A stretch of DNA of 63,296 nt, counting the filler, from Reclinomonas americana ATCC 50394 (taxonomy: Eukaryota), in the NCBI GenBank assembly GCA_048213135.1. It is 4 parts of 3 records of this genome, joined end to end, with 100 filler letters (N's around TTAATTAATTAA, not from the genome) between each part and the next. Parts side by side here need not be neighbours in the genome. Positions count along the whole stretch, not along the records: positions 46,533 to 61,751 come from PS015514.1; positions 61,852 to 63,296 come from PS015518.1; 2 more parts are not named here. One strand, written 5' to 3'. The translations under genes were made by a program, and so were the position numbers. Of this stretch, positions 49,769 to 62,470 are shown in pieces (position 1 is the stretch's first letter; every line of letters starts with the position of its first letter). A model generated the notes under the pieces. It did no database searches, was not told where the DNA came from, and worked only from the letters and a program-made list of their open reading frames with translations.

Positions 49769-52700
49769 ATGAGCGCCTCCTCGCCCACACACGATGCCAA
49801 TGGCAGCAGTGGCAGTGGCAGTGCATTTACTCCGCTGGCCACCATGCGACGACGCTCTTCACTGCCGTCGTTTGTGCACAGTCGCAGCATCATCCGCCCT
49901 CCACCTGTCAACACCAAGTGGCGTTCCATTGTCGAGTGGGACGAGGGCGTTCCACTGCCGATCTCCACACACGAGGCGGCGGCGGCTCTCCGCGACATGA
50001 TTCCGACTCGTCCGCGCGCTGCCTCCCCGTCCTCATCGACGCCACCACACACGCGCAAGAGCAAGAGGAAGAAGAAGAAGACCAAGAAGCCGGTGGCCAC
50101 GGATCGCGAGGAGCAAGAGATGCAAGTGAGTCCGCAATATGTGCTCGATTCGCGGGGTGCGCCTGCGCGGGAGGAGCCNNNNNNNNNNNNNNNNNNNNNN
50201 NNNNNNNNNNNNNGCAGACCCATTCGGTGCCGACGCTGGAGGGCACTCGCCTTGTGCGGCCTTCATCGGAGGGCACGTCTGCATCGTCGCGCTTTGTGGA
50301 TCGGATTCGCCAGCAGGCGGCCGAAAGTCGACGCGAGAGATCAATATCGCCGCCGCCGCAGCAGAACGGACAGGCGTCTGGCATGTCGACGCCAGTCAAG
50401 AATCTGCGTGGGCCCGCCGGGGAAGAGCAGCAGCAGTCGCCGTACCGCAACCTGCAGTTGGACACGTCGGACTCGGGCCTCAAGGATCGCACTGTTGCCG
50501 CGTCGCGTGACGACTTTTCCGACGACGAGTCGGTGATTGTCGATGACGATGATGACGATGATGATGATGAGGAGGGTGACGTGCCGACTGCCGTGTCGTT
50601 GACCATGGCCACGGCCTCGTCGGAGGCCCCCGAGTTCCCGAACCTGCGGAACTTGCAGCACATGACGGTGGCGGAGGAGGCGCAAATGCAGCAGCGCATC
50701 ACCACGCTGCGCACGCTGCACAAGTTTGTGCCGGCTGCGGTGGTGCACTTGGCGGAGCGGCTGGCGGGGCGAAACCTGAGCATCACTGCCGGCTATCGGC
50801 AAGAGTACGAGGGCTGCCTCATGCTGGTCGACGTCTCCGGTTTCACGGTGCTGGCGGAGACACTCTGCAAGACGGCCGCCGGTGTCGACTCGCTCTCGCA
50901 AGTCATCAACGAGTACTTTTCGCGTCTCATCGACTTTGTGGATCGGTGTGGCGGCGACACGCTGTATTTTGTCGGCGACGCACTGGTGGTGTTCTTCCCG
51001 GCGGTGATTGAGAACTCGCAGACGGAGAGCGGTGGCTCAGGCGCCGCCGCTCGAGATACGTTGTCCTCCAGTCCGCCGCCGCCACCTCTGGGTAGCCGAG
51101 TGCGCGAGCGGTCGTCGTCCATGGGTGGTGTGCCGGTGCCGGATCGGGAGCGCGACACGCTGCTGCCGACCGTTGGCTCCGAGCACGGCTCGTTTGCGAG
51201 TGAGACCGGTCTGCGCCGCTCTCCGTCAGTGTCGCGTCGCGCACACACGCCGCCGACTGGTGGGGACAGCGACTTGAGCTCCGGCAGTGGTGGCAGTGTG
51301 CGCAGCAATTCGTCGTCCGCGAACAGTCCGGCGTTTGGCAGCAGCGTTCCGTCGTCGTCGGTATCGACCACCCATCAGCGACAGCAGGCGCAACGAGAGC
51401 AGATGGAGGTGGCGCTGCAAGTGGCCGCGCGCAACGCCGCCTCCTGTGCCGTGCTGCTGCAACGCGAGGCCGGCTGTTTCAAGTTCCGCGATCTCACGCT
51501 CACCTTGCACATTGCATTCGCCACCGGCAACATCCAGTGCGCCATGCTGGGCGGCCATCAGGACACGGTCAAGTACCTGTTCAGCGGCTCGGCGTACTCC
51601 AAGTTGGCGGAGACGGCGACGCTCTCCGGCAACGGCGACATTACACTGTGCGGGCGCACCCGGCAGCTGCTGATGATGCAGTTGCGACGCAACAGCGTGT
51701 GGAACCTCAACAGCGCTCCGCCCGACGCTGCCATTGCGTACGAAATGCTGAGTGACGTGGAGCTGCGTGGATTGGGTTGGCGAGAGATTCGTGGCATCGA
51801 CGGTCCGCTTGGCGAGGGCGAGGCGGCAGCGGAGGAGGCTGAGGAGGGCGACCCGTTGCAACAGGTGTGGCTGCTGCAGTTCTCGCCGAGCGCCAAGGTG
51901 ATTGTGTGCGAGGAACGTGATGGTGAGTGACGACTGTCGGTGTTTGTTTTTCCTTTGGATTACCTTGTGTACTGACGTGCCTGTTTGTAGCGAGTGCCGC
52001 GAGTCGAGAGGCACTGGACCCGCACCGTGCGCTGTACGGCAACGGAGCGCCAGAAGTGCTGCTCACGTCGATGAAGGCACTTGTTAGCGACCACATCCGA
52101 CCGACAATCTTGCGCGCCGCACCGATTGTGCCGCAGCTACTCGACGTGACAGTGCTCTTTGTGTCGTTCTGCAAGTCACCGGAGCACGCCCAGGAGAAGC
52201 TGCGCGGTCGCGACTGGTGAGTGATGGAGGACGAGGGCGCACGGGGGAGAGAGAGAGAGAGGAGGAGAGAGAGAGGAGGAGAGAGGAGGGAGGAGAGAGG
52301 AGGGAGGAGAGAGAGGAGGAGGGAGGAGAGAGANNNNNNNNNNNNNNNNNNNNNNNNNNNNNNNNNNNNNNNNNNNNNNNNNNNNNNNNNNNNNNNNNNN
52401 NNNNNNNNNNNNNNNNNNNNNNNNNNNNNNNNNNNNNNNNNNNNNNNNNNNNNNNNNNNNNNNNNNNNNNNNNNNNNNNNNNNNNNNNNNNNNNNNNNNN
52501 NNNNNNNNNNNNNNNNNNNNNNNNNNNNNNNNNNNNNNNNNNNNNNNNNNNNNNNNNNNNNNNNNNNNNNNNNNNNNNNNNNNNNNNNNNNNNNNNNNNN
52601 NNNNNNNNNNNNNNNNNNNNNNNNNNNNNNNNNNNNNNNNNNNNNNNNNNNNNNNNNNNNNNNNNNNNNNNNNNNNNNNNNNNNNNNNNNNNNNNNNNNN

Positions 52701-55700
52701 NNNNNNNNNNNNNNNNNNNNNNNNNNNNNNNNNNNNNNNNNNNNNNNNNNNNNNNNNNNNNNNNNNNNNNNNNNNNNNNNNNNNNNNNNNNNNNNNNNNN
52801 NNNNNNNNNNNNNNNNNNNNNNNNNNNNNNNNNNNNNNNNNNNNNNNNNNNNNNNNNNNNNNNNNNNNNNNNNNNNNNNNNNNNNNNNNNNNNNNNNNNN
52901 NNNNNNNNNNNNAGGGAGAGAGAGAGAAGGGAGAGAAGGGGTCGTGAGTGAGTGAGTACGAAAATATGTACAGTCATCGTGGGCTCACCTTTGCTTCGGC
53001 ATGTTGCAGTCCGTTCCAGCAGGCCATGCTGCGCACGCAAGACATTGCCGCCTCGTTCGAGGGCTGCCTCTCCAATGTGTTCGCGGACGAGAAGGGAGTC
53101 GGTGGCATTGTCGTCTTTGGTCTCAATGTCAAGTCGCGCGGCGAACAGAATCGGCGCGGAGTGTTGTGTGCGGCGCAGCTTGCTGCCGTCCTCACCGAAC
53201 TTGGATTCACCGAGGCAACCATTGGCGTCACGTTGCGTAGTCTCATTCTTGTCGAAGTGCGGGTCGGCACCACTGACCAACAACCACACAGATGTGGATA
53301 CACGTACACGGGCACGGTCGGATCGTCCACTCGACGACTCGACTTTACTCTGCTCGGCGACGTGGTCAACACCGCCGCAAGACTCATGGCTGCCGTCAGC
53401 AAGATGAGCATGAACATCAAAGGTGGGATGTGCACCGTGACCTAGTGCCTGCCGTCGTCTCCGCTCACACACCCACTCGCTCGCAGGGAACGCCAAGGTG
53501 CTGCCGGTGCTGTGCGAAGAGCCCGTGTGTCAGTCGTCTCTCGGAAGTCAGCGCATCGGCAGCACAATGTACGGCCTCGATCCGCACCCGCTGTCGCTCA
53601 AGCTGAAAGGTGTGTGCAAGTGCATCACCTCTCCGGTGGCGAATGGAGTCTCATGCCCTACTTTGTTTGTGCACAGGCAAGTCGTCCGATGTGCAATGCT
53701 ATCGGCTCTTGTACTACTCGGAAAAAGCGGCTGTGTCATCGGTGGTGAGCGTCAAGCGTGGCGCCAAGGTGCAGGCGCCGCGAGTCTCCGACGAATTCAT
53801 GTTTGTTGGCCACGCTGCTGAGTTGTCGGCACTGCGTTCCGAGCATGCCCGTGCGCGTGCGCTCCACGCCACCTTCACCAAGGCGCAAGCATCGACCACC
53901 AACACAGCCTCTGGTTCCTCGGCACAGGCTGGCGGATCGCCCACGGAGAGCGTCTCACAGTTGCCGCCGCCACTCGGCTCGTGCGGTCGCATGGTGGTGC
54001 TGCTGGGTCCGCCGGGAGCCGGTGCCTCGACTCTTGTTGCGTTGTGCTGGCCGTTGGTCTCGCTCAGTTGTGTTGCTGAGCATGAATTGCGCCACAATGC
54101 AGGTTCGCCAATTCGTCAAGGAAGCGACGCCAGTGAATACGGCCAAGGCGGCCGCCTCACAAAGCAAAGGCACGGCCAAACCGAAAAAGGGCGTCGGCCG
54201 GTTGCGCGGCCATGTTCGCTTTGACTCGCAGCTGAAGATGCCTGTTTCTGTTGCGTGCTCCGCCTCCATTGATGGTCTGCACATCTGGTCACCATTTGTG
54301 CTGACCACTTGTGGCACTCTCGCACACACAGTTGCCGATCGTGATGGTGTCTAGCGACAGCATCCAGATGGGTGGACCGTTTTCGTCATGGAAAAAGGCA
54401 TTTTCACAGCTTCTCGCCTCCACGCTCTCTTCTGATCGCTACCGCAGCGTTGCTGGGTGCGTTTCTCTCCGCTTGCAGCTACGTTGCTCTGTGCACTCAT
54501 TGTTTGCGCAGCCTGTCGTCTCGCAATGGAACATCGCGAGCCTCGCTTGTGCAACACCTCCTGCTGGAGTTGCAGATGCGCTCGTGGGCCCCGCTGTTGA
54601 ACCCGGTGCTGGACACGGGATTCCGCGATGCGCTCCCGCTGCAGAATCTGTCGCAGCGCGAGACCGATGAACGGCGCCTCCACTTGGCCGTCATGCTCTT
54701 TGACCACATGCTCAAGTATGTGTACGGTGAGTCCGATTGATTGGCAGCTCGAAAGGTGAATTTGCGCGCGTGCTCACGTGTGGCGGCGACACAGGATCAC
54801 TGCATGGCTACGCAATTCTGGTGCTGGAGAATGCCCATATGATGGACGAGTGGTCACTTCGTCTGCTCAAGACGTTCCTGCTCACCAATCTGGAAGTCCG
54901 TGGTGCGCCACTCCGTCGCCTGCCCTTCTTCATGGTGGCGTGCCTGCGCTCGGCGTTGTTTATCGACCGTGAGTTTGCGGACACGGACGCCGCTGAATCC
55001 GAGGTCCGACGTGGTCTCGGCATTCCGCGCCGTTCAATGGAGCACGTGACGGTGTGTGTGGGGTGTGTGCTGGGCAGCTCTTCTTGGTTGGTGCCTGACT
55101 TGTTGACATAGATTGTACCCATTCGCTCGTTCGACCTGACGGAGTGCGGCTTGTTCCTCGCTCAGTTCACTCAGGCCGCCGTCTCCGAGCAGGTGAGTGA
55201 ATGTAAAGAAAGAAGAGGGAAATAGTTGTGGTCATGTCATGAATCTTGTGTGCGCTTGCAGGTCACTGCGGAGCTGTATCGTGGCACCAAGGGCTGCCCC
55301 GGTCATCTGGACCTCATGACGCGTGCTCTGCTGAAGAGCAATGTGCTGGCCATCGACAATGGCGTCTGTCGGGTGCGTGAGCCAACATGGCTGCTCTTTC
55401 GCGCGCCTGTGGTGATTTTCTGACTGTTTTCCCTTCCAGTTCTCACGCACAGGCTACGAGACCGTGTTGGATGCGTCGAACAATCTGGGTGCACTGCTCG
55501 AGCACCAATTCGACTACCTCAAGCACACGGAGCAAGACGTCTTGCGAATCGGTGCGTAGTTCATGGAACCGATCGCGAGTGAGTGCGATGGGTGCGTGTC
55601 GCTGACATACAATACGTGCAGCGAGCGCGATTGGTCAATCATTCACCGTGCACTTCTTGTACGCGGTGTACGCCTCGGTCTATCGGGACTCGACGTGTAC

Positions 55701-58700
55701 AGCAGAGGAGATGGGAGACATTCTGGAGAGTTTGGTGAACGAAGGCCTGCTGGTGCACTCGCAGAGCGGCAAGTACATGCAGTCGGCCGGCGGCTCCGAC
55801 GACGAAGATGAGGAGGAGGACGACGCGAGCGATGGGTTGCTGACCGACGACGACGGCGAAAGCGAGCAGCTGCACTACGAATTCCATCACAGCAGCACGC
55901 GCTTTGCGCTCTACCACCAGATGCTGCCGTCGCGTCGCAGCAAGTGCCATCGCGTGGTCTACGATTTGCTGAAGCAGCGCATTGCGGTGCGCGGACTCTC
56001 AATGTGTTGCTTTCCCTGCCGCCATGTTTCCGTTTCTGACTCTGGTGATCGCTGAAAACAGGAGCGCACACACAATGGCGAGTCGTACAATGAGCAGATG
56101 CAGTCTCTGGTTGGTGCAACTGTGGTACTGTTTTTTTCTTAATAATGTGTTGTCTCACCAGCAGTCACAGCTCCCCGAATTGTCGCACCACGTGTACTAC
56201 AGCCTGGTCGACAGCATCTGCGAGTATCCGAAGGAGACGCGCGCCACAAGTGCGTCGTGTTTGAAGTGTTGAAAAGGGGTTATTTTCTCATCTCTCCATT
56301 GCTCCACAGACGCTTTGCTGCGGCAGCAGGTAATGGAGGCCGCGAACTTGATGCGACAGCATGCGTTGAACTTGGTGGAGGCCTGCATGTATCGCGATGC
56401 TATCGCCACATTCGACAAGGCACTCCGCCTCATTCACGAGTGCGGCTACGTCAAGAACGACAGCGAGTTCCAGTACCTCGAGTTCACTCTGGTCAACGTC
56501 GTCGGTCAGTGTATGATCTCTATCGGTGGCAACGTGGCGGAAACCGAGCGCGCGCTGACCCGCGCTCTGTCGCTGGTGCCGGCACCCGTGGCCGTTGCGT
56601 CGATTTGTGCTGCGCTGCTGAGATACCATCAAGAGTGAGGTTCTTACCCATCAACAGGGCCAGGAGGACGCATTCGTGCAGCCGCGCTACGACGTGCTCA
56701 GCAATCTGTGGAGTCTGTACACGACGCACGGTCACCGGCACCCGACAGCCGATTCGAACAAGTTGTGGGATCAGCTGCTTCGATTGATTCCAAAGCTGGC
56801 GGACGAGAAGCGCTTGATTGACGTCAATCGGTGAGTGTTCCACAGCAGCATCACCTCTGTGCCTAGGTGATTGTATTCATCGCTTCACTGCACAACAGCA
56901 TCGGCACGCTGCACTTGGCGGAGATGGGCGACTTGCACGGCTCGCTCACGTACTTCCGCGAACTGAGCAACATGTACCAGCTGGAGAAGCATCGCGACAT
57001 TCTGGTGGAGTACCCGCGCGTGCTCGATCCCGGTTTGCACGCGTACACGAGGGCGAGTGTCAATTATGTTTTGCTGGGCGAGAACGGCAACGCCATTCGG
57101 TATCTGGAGCTGGCGTTGGAGATTTGCCGTGCCATCAGCCACAACCTCAGTCGCGAGTACTTTTTCCTGCGTGCGGGGTTCGTCCTCAGCTCTGTCAGTC
57201 AGCTAAAGGAGCTGGCGTCGGTGGTGGAGGAAGGCATGCGTATGGCGGAGGAGAACGAGATGGTCGAGTGCTTCCAGGTGTGCCTGTTCTTCTCGTACTT
57301 GGTGGAGTATCACAGTCGAGTGCGGGCGCGCGAAGGTTTGTCACAAAAGGTGGAGTTCTCGTGCTGGTGGCGATGCTCAGTTTGTTTGCGCAGCGCTCGG
57401 CGAAGCGAGTGGCTCATCGGCGGCAGCCGCGCCGGTGCAACTGACGGTGGTCCAGACGGCGGTGGCAAACGCCAAGCAGCAGCCCGGCGGCAGTCGCCTC
57501 CTCAAGGACCTGTTTCAGCGTCACAAGAGCCCGGTGGTGCGCACGCCCGAGGCACTGCTGACTGTGATGACGGAGCAAGTGGACCAGGTGCTGAAGAACT
57601 TGCCCGAGGCGCCGTTTTTGATTGTGCCTCTGGCCGATCTGCTGATTGAGAACGGACGGTTTGCCGTTGCCGGCCGCCTGCTGTCGTTTGCACTGGGTCG
57701 CCTGCGGGCGCACGATTCGCACACGATGCCGTGGATTGCGCTGCAGCGGCGGGTGGGGTGGGTGTGCTGTCGGCGGCTGATTCGGTGGACCGATCCCGCC
57801 AATGAGGATAAGACGATTGAGCCGGTGTTGGTGCGCATAAGGGGGAAGGGAGGGAAAGGGAGGGGCAAGGGGAAGGAAGGGGGAGAAGACAAGGAGAAAG
57901 ATAAGGTGGAGAGTGAGAAGAGACAGGGAGGTAGAATGAGGGGAAAGAGAAGGGCGGACGAAAAGGGAGAGGGGACGGAGAGACAAGGGGAATTAGCCAA
58001 GGGTGCATGCGATGGCTGATGTGCAGAAGTGCACACTGAACAAAAAGACGAAATAGCACTTGTGCAGCAAACGAGTGCGTGTTTGTTGACTTTGATGGAA
58101 TCACGCAGGAATCCGAGTGGCAAAGTGCGATCGACGAGTTGGAGCTGGCGTTGCAGTCGACGAGTCTCGAGTACCGACTGCGGCGCGAGAGGGAGCGATG
58201 TGCGGCTATCCTGTGCTGCATTTGGGCACTCACCAGCCGCCATCACGAAGGGTGCGTCGTGCCGTGCGGAAGAGTTTATTGTGAGCGCACTCTTTAACGC
58301 GATTTGTTGTGCTATGCAGACTGCTGACATGGGCTCGCCAACTTCGAGTGCGTGGGGGCTTGTCTCTAATTGCATTCGTTGATACTTGTCTCAAGTCCTT
58401 GTCGCAGGGCAAGAACACGGACATCGATCTGCCGCCACCGGTGCGCCACGACGCAGCGCTGACGGCGTCGCTGTTTGAGAACATGCCAGACTCGATTCGG
58501 CGTCTGCGCAACAACCTTGTCACCAAGTCGCGTCTGGCGAAAATGACACAAGAGGTAACTTATGTGAGAGAGAGGGAAGAGTTGACTGTGAAGCTCACTT
58601 TGCGGTTGTGGCAGCTTCGCGATACGCTGTGGGGCAGTCTTGTGGACCTGCTGGCCAAACACTTTGAGGACATGACGTTCAAGAGGCGCGACAGCGCGTT

Positions 58701-58704
58701 TTGA
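49769..58704 (+). CDS. Soluble adenylyl cyclase-like protein (ADCY10 type: C1 + C2 + P-loop/STAND + TPR-like region); about 22 exons
   Basis: C1: LMLVDVSGFT and FVGDALVVFF. C2: VTVLFV, NVFADEKG, IGVTCG...GS and DFTLLGDVVNTAARLM. NTPase: FVGHAAEL, LLGPPGAGASTLV, LVLENAHMMDEWS, TKGCPGHL and YEFHH. Helical TPR-like tail. Confidence 0.9.
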
Positions 58705-58744
58705 CAGGCGGCATGTCATGTTTTATGTACTTTATGTATAAAGG

Positions 58745-59280
58745 AAAAGAGAATGAGAGGGAGATAGAAAGGAGATGAGAATGCCGATGACAATCAGTCT
58801 CGTGCAATACCGAAGATTTGTTTTAATGAAATGTTATGCTGTACAGATGTACGATAAGGAGAAGAGAATGACGATGGCAATCTGTCTCGTGCAAGAACCA
58901 ATCCGCAAAACAGATATCTAGATGTACGGGAACTGTATGGTGGTTCGGAGAATAGGGAGTGCAGAGAGATAAAGAGTCTCGTGCATCACCATAATGCTGC
59001 AGTGGTGTGGGAAACGTGGAGAGAGAAGAGTACGGATCTTGTGCAACAACGACTGCGATTTTCAGTGAAGTATAATGTCGCACTGATACAGAAACGGTAT
59101 GGTGGCTCTGAGAACAAGGAGCGAGGAGAGATAGAGAAGAGAATGACTATGACGATAAGTCTCGTGCATCAGCAATATGCTGCAGAGGTGTGGGAAAGGT
59201 GGAGGGAGAAGAATGCCAAAGACAATTCATCTCGTGCAACAAAAACTGCTGTTTTTAATGAAGTATAATGCTGTACAGCA
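58745..59280. repeat. Diverged intergenic tandem repeat
   Basis: Recurrent GAGAATG.CGATG.CAAT...TCTCGTGCA and TAATG..GTACAG units. Confidence 0.6.
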
Positions 59281-59355
59281 CACAAACGGGGAAAGGGTGG
59301 CGGGGGTTAATTGCGATTCTAAACAACCTTTTCTTTTCTCTTTTCACACACACGC

Positions 59356-60875
59356 TCAGCACCGACATCTGTTTTGTCTCGGCGCATTGGCCGCTTGTCC
59401 AATGCGCGAACCTTTCGGTGACGACGCAGCAGCCTTGCTCTCCTCGGCCTCGATCTGCTCGCGCACGGCGAGGGCGGCGGCTTGCAGGTCACGCGACTCC
59501 TCTTGCACGGTCATGGTGTGGTTGAAGAGGTGCCACATGGCGGTGTTGACGTTGGAGTTGTTCTTGGCGGAGGTGAGGAACCTGCGAGGGGGGAAGGGGA
59601 AGGTAAGGAGAAGGGAGGAGGGCACGGGAGGAGAAGGATAAGGGAGGAGTACAAGTGTGTTCTCTCTTGAACACGAGAAAGCAGATAAGAGATGCACGCT
59701 CAAGACGTGTGCATTCGCACTTTCTCTCTCTCACACATACGACTACACTGGCAAATACAAACATATGGAGGCACACGAGACCTCCTCTTCCCTATGCTGA
59801 CACATCTTCGCTCACGCTCTCCCTCAATCACGAAGGAAGAAACAAGTACGAATGTGCTGGTAAAGAAAGATAAGGGAGGCACACACACACAATCTCCTCA
59901 TTCCTCGTCTCTCGAAGGCGCCATGACTACACTTACACATCTTCTCTCGCGCTCTACCTTGCTATCCCGACAAGAAACAAATACAAAAGCGCTGAGAAAG
60001 AAAGATAATGGACATAGCCAAACGAATGTGCTGGAAAAGAAGACAATGAAGGCACATACAATAATCTCCTCGCTCTTCTCTCTCGAATGCATCCATGAGA
60101 ATGGTTACGCATCCTCGTTCGCACTCTGTTTCTCTCGGCAAGAAAAAACAAACGAATGTACTGAGAAAGACACGGAATCTCCTTGCTCTTATCTCGAAGG
60201 CGCCCATGACGACACTGACACATTATCGGTCGCACTCTCAGCTGCTATCCCGGCAAAGAAACAAATACGAACGTGCTGGTACACGAAATATCCTCACGCG
60301 CGCACTCATAGAACGGTAACACACCCTCGCTCGCACTCTCTTTCTCTCCGCAAGTAGGCACTTGTAAAGAAAGACTAACAGACGACAAGAGACTTTCTTT
60401 TTCTCTCGCATGCGCCCAATCGAGTGCACGCATGCCAGCCCGCAGTTTGTCTCTTTGTCTCTCAGGAAAGGAATGAAGCCAGTCTGCATGTGTTTGCAGA
60501 GACAGACAAACAGACGACAAGAAATCTCCTCTTCTCTCTCGCCTGCTGGTGGCGCATTCTCCCCCACTTCCCTTTCTCTTCTCCCGCTACTCGCACTCAC
60601 GCACCAAGTAATAAAGCCGTGCTCTCTGCAGAACTCGTCCATGCGGTCCATCACCAGAGGATCAAGCGCCGGATCCAGGTCGGACTTGTTGCCGACAAGC
60701 ACACACGGAATTGGTGGTCTGCCCGGCACGTGATCCATGCGCACCTTCTCGTCAATGTCACGCTTCCACTCCAGCACCTTTTCGAACGACAGCGGTCGGG
60801 TGAGGTCGAAGACGACCAGGGCGCCGACGGCCTCCCGGTAGAATACTCTGGTGAGGCGCACCGTTCGTTCTTGGC
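59356..60875 (-). CDS. Rab GTPase of the Rab32/38/29 group (5' exons missing)
   Basis: GQERTVRLTRVFYREAVGALVVFDLTR, EWKRDIDEKV, PIPCVLVGNKSDL, FCREHGFITW-FLTSAK and a C-terminal CRC prenylation motif. Confidence 0.85.
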
Positions 60876-61712
60876 CTGGGGGAGGGGGAAGAGGGAGAAG
60901 GGAGAGGGTGAGAGAAGGGAGCGGAAGAGAGACAAGGAGACGGAAAGAGAGTGGGGGACCGGGAGTGGAAACAGAGAAGAAGTGGGGAAGGAATATGAAG
61001 CGGGTGAGGAGGAGAGAAAGGAGGACAAGTAGAGGGGGAAAGAAGCGGGGCAACCGGAGTGGAAAACAGAGAAGAAAAGAGGAAGGGAAGGAGCGGATGA
61101 GGGGAGAATGAGGAGGAGAGGGAGAAGAGAGACGGGAAAGGTCGATGGAGACAGTGCGAGAGGAAGAGGAGGAACAAGGAAAAAGTAAGGAGTGAATGAG
61201 TGGGTACGAGGAGAAGGGGGAAGGGAGAGAGAAAAAAGGGAAAGAAGTGGGCGGGGGCAGGAGAAGGGGAAAGGGGGGATAGGAGAAGGGGGAAGGGGGA
61301 GTGGGGGTGAGCGATTGAACAAAGGCGGAGAGAACGAGGCAGGGGAGGGACTGAGAAAGGGCGGGGAACGAGAAAGAGGGGGCAAGTGCGGGCACGGGGA
61401 ATAGAACGAACATTCGTAGAAAAGGGGGAAAGGGAGAGGAAGAGGCAGTAGAAAGAAGACGGACATACACGACAAGGAAGATGAAAACGACATGCGGGAG
61501 TTGAGGAGACACCGAGAGAGTGACAATTCCCCAAGCACAAAGGCGCATGCCAAGGCAAAGGCAGGTGGCGGCTGAGATGAAGGGAGACACCAAATGCGAA
61601 AGAGATTACTCCCCCACAAACTGAAGGAACAGCAGTTGCGTGTCTTCGTGAAAGGAAACAATGAACCAAGCGGCTATCATGACACTTGCGAGAGAAACAA
61701 GCTGTACCCCAT

Positions 61713-61748
<36 letters not shown>

Positions 61749-61795
61749 CTCNNNNNNNNNNNNNNNNNNNNNNNNNNNNNNNNNNNNNNNNNNNN

Positions 61796-61807
61796 TTAAT
61801 TAATTAA
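61796..61807. other. Artificial scaffold-concatenation linker
   Basis: N44-TTAATTAATTAA-N44. Confidence 0.95.
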
Positions 61808-62470
61808 NNNNNNNNNNNNNNNNNNNNNNNNNNNNNNNNNNNNNNNNNNNNAGAGGGAGAGGGAGAGGGAGAGGGGAGAGAGAGAGACGAAAACGCAGGT
61901 CGCGAAGAAGTGGTGGAGGATGCACTGACGAGACAAGGCGTGAAGTCTGCATCGGACGGGGTTGTTCCTACTATCAGCATTTCTCTTTGTCTGTCTTGTC
62001 GTCAGTATGTATCATTTCATCAGTACCTCAGATGTCTTTCTATCTCTCCGCCTGTATATCTTGCACACAGAATCTCGCTGAGGGTCAACACTCTTTTCTT
62101 GCAGCAGGATGCTTTGCTCCAAGTGAAGGAGTAGAAGAAGCACTTCCATACTTCATATCCACGTCTCCCTTGTGGAAGAAGGCCCTTCCACACACAAACA
62201 CCGCCCCCTAGTGTCCAATGTCTCTCAGTAACGGTCTCCCTCTCTCTGTCTGTCCATCCGCCTGTCTATCGCGGTGTCTATCTATCTCCTGTTTCTCCAG
62301 CAACCGGTGCAACTTCAGCAATCTCAACACAACGGACACTGAAACTCACTCAATTTCTCAATTCTCGCCTCTCCCCTCCCTTCTCCTACTGTCCTCCCTT
62401 TCCCCCTTCCCCTTCCCACTCTTTCCCCTTTCCCCCCCCCCTCCCACGCAACTCTATCCCTCTCCACCAC

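Noticed and set aside
53231..53291. Reading the GTTGCG sites as G|TTGCGT (TT-AG introns)
   Set aside because: Cutting after the G breaks the frame. Only the GT cut restores conserved motifs such as IGVTCGY.
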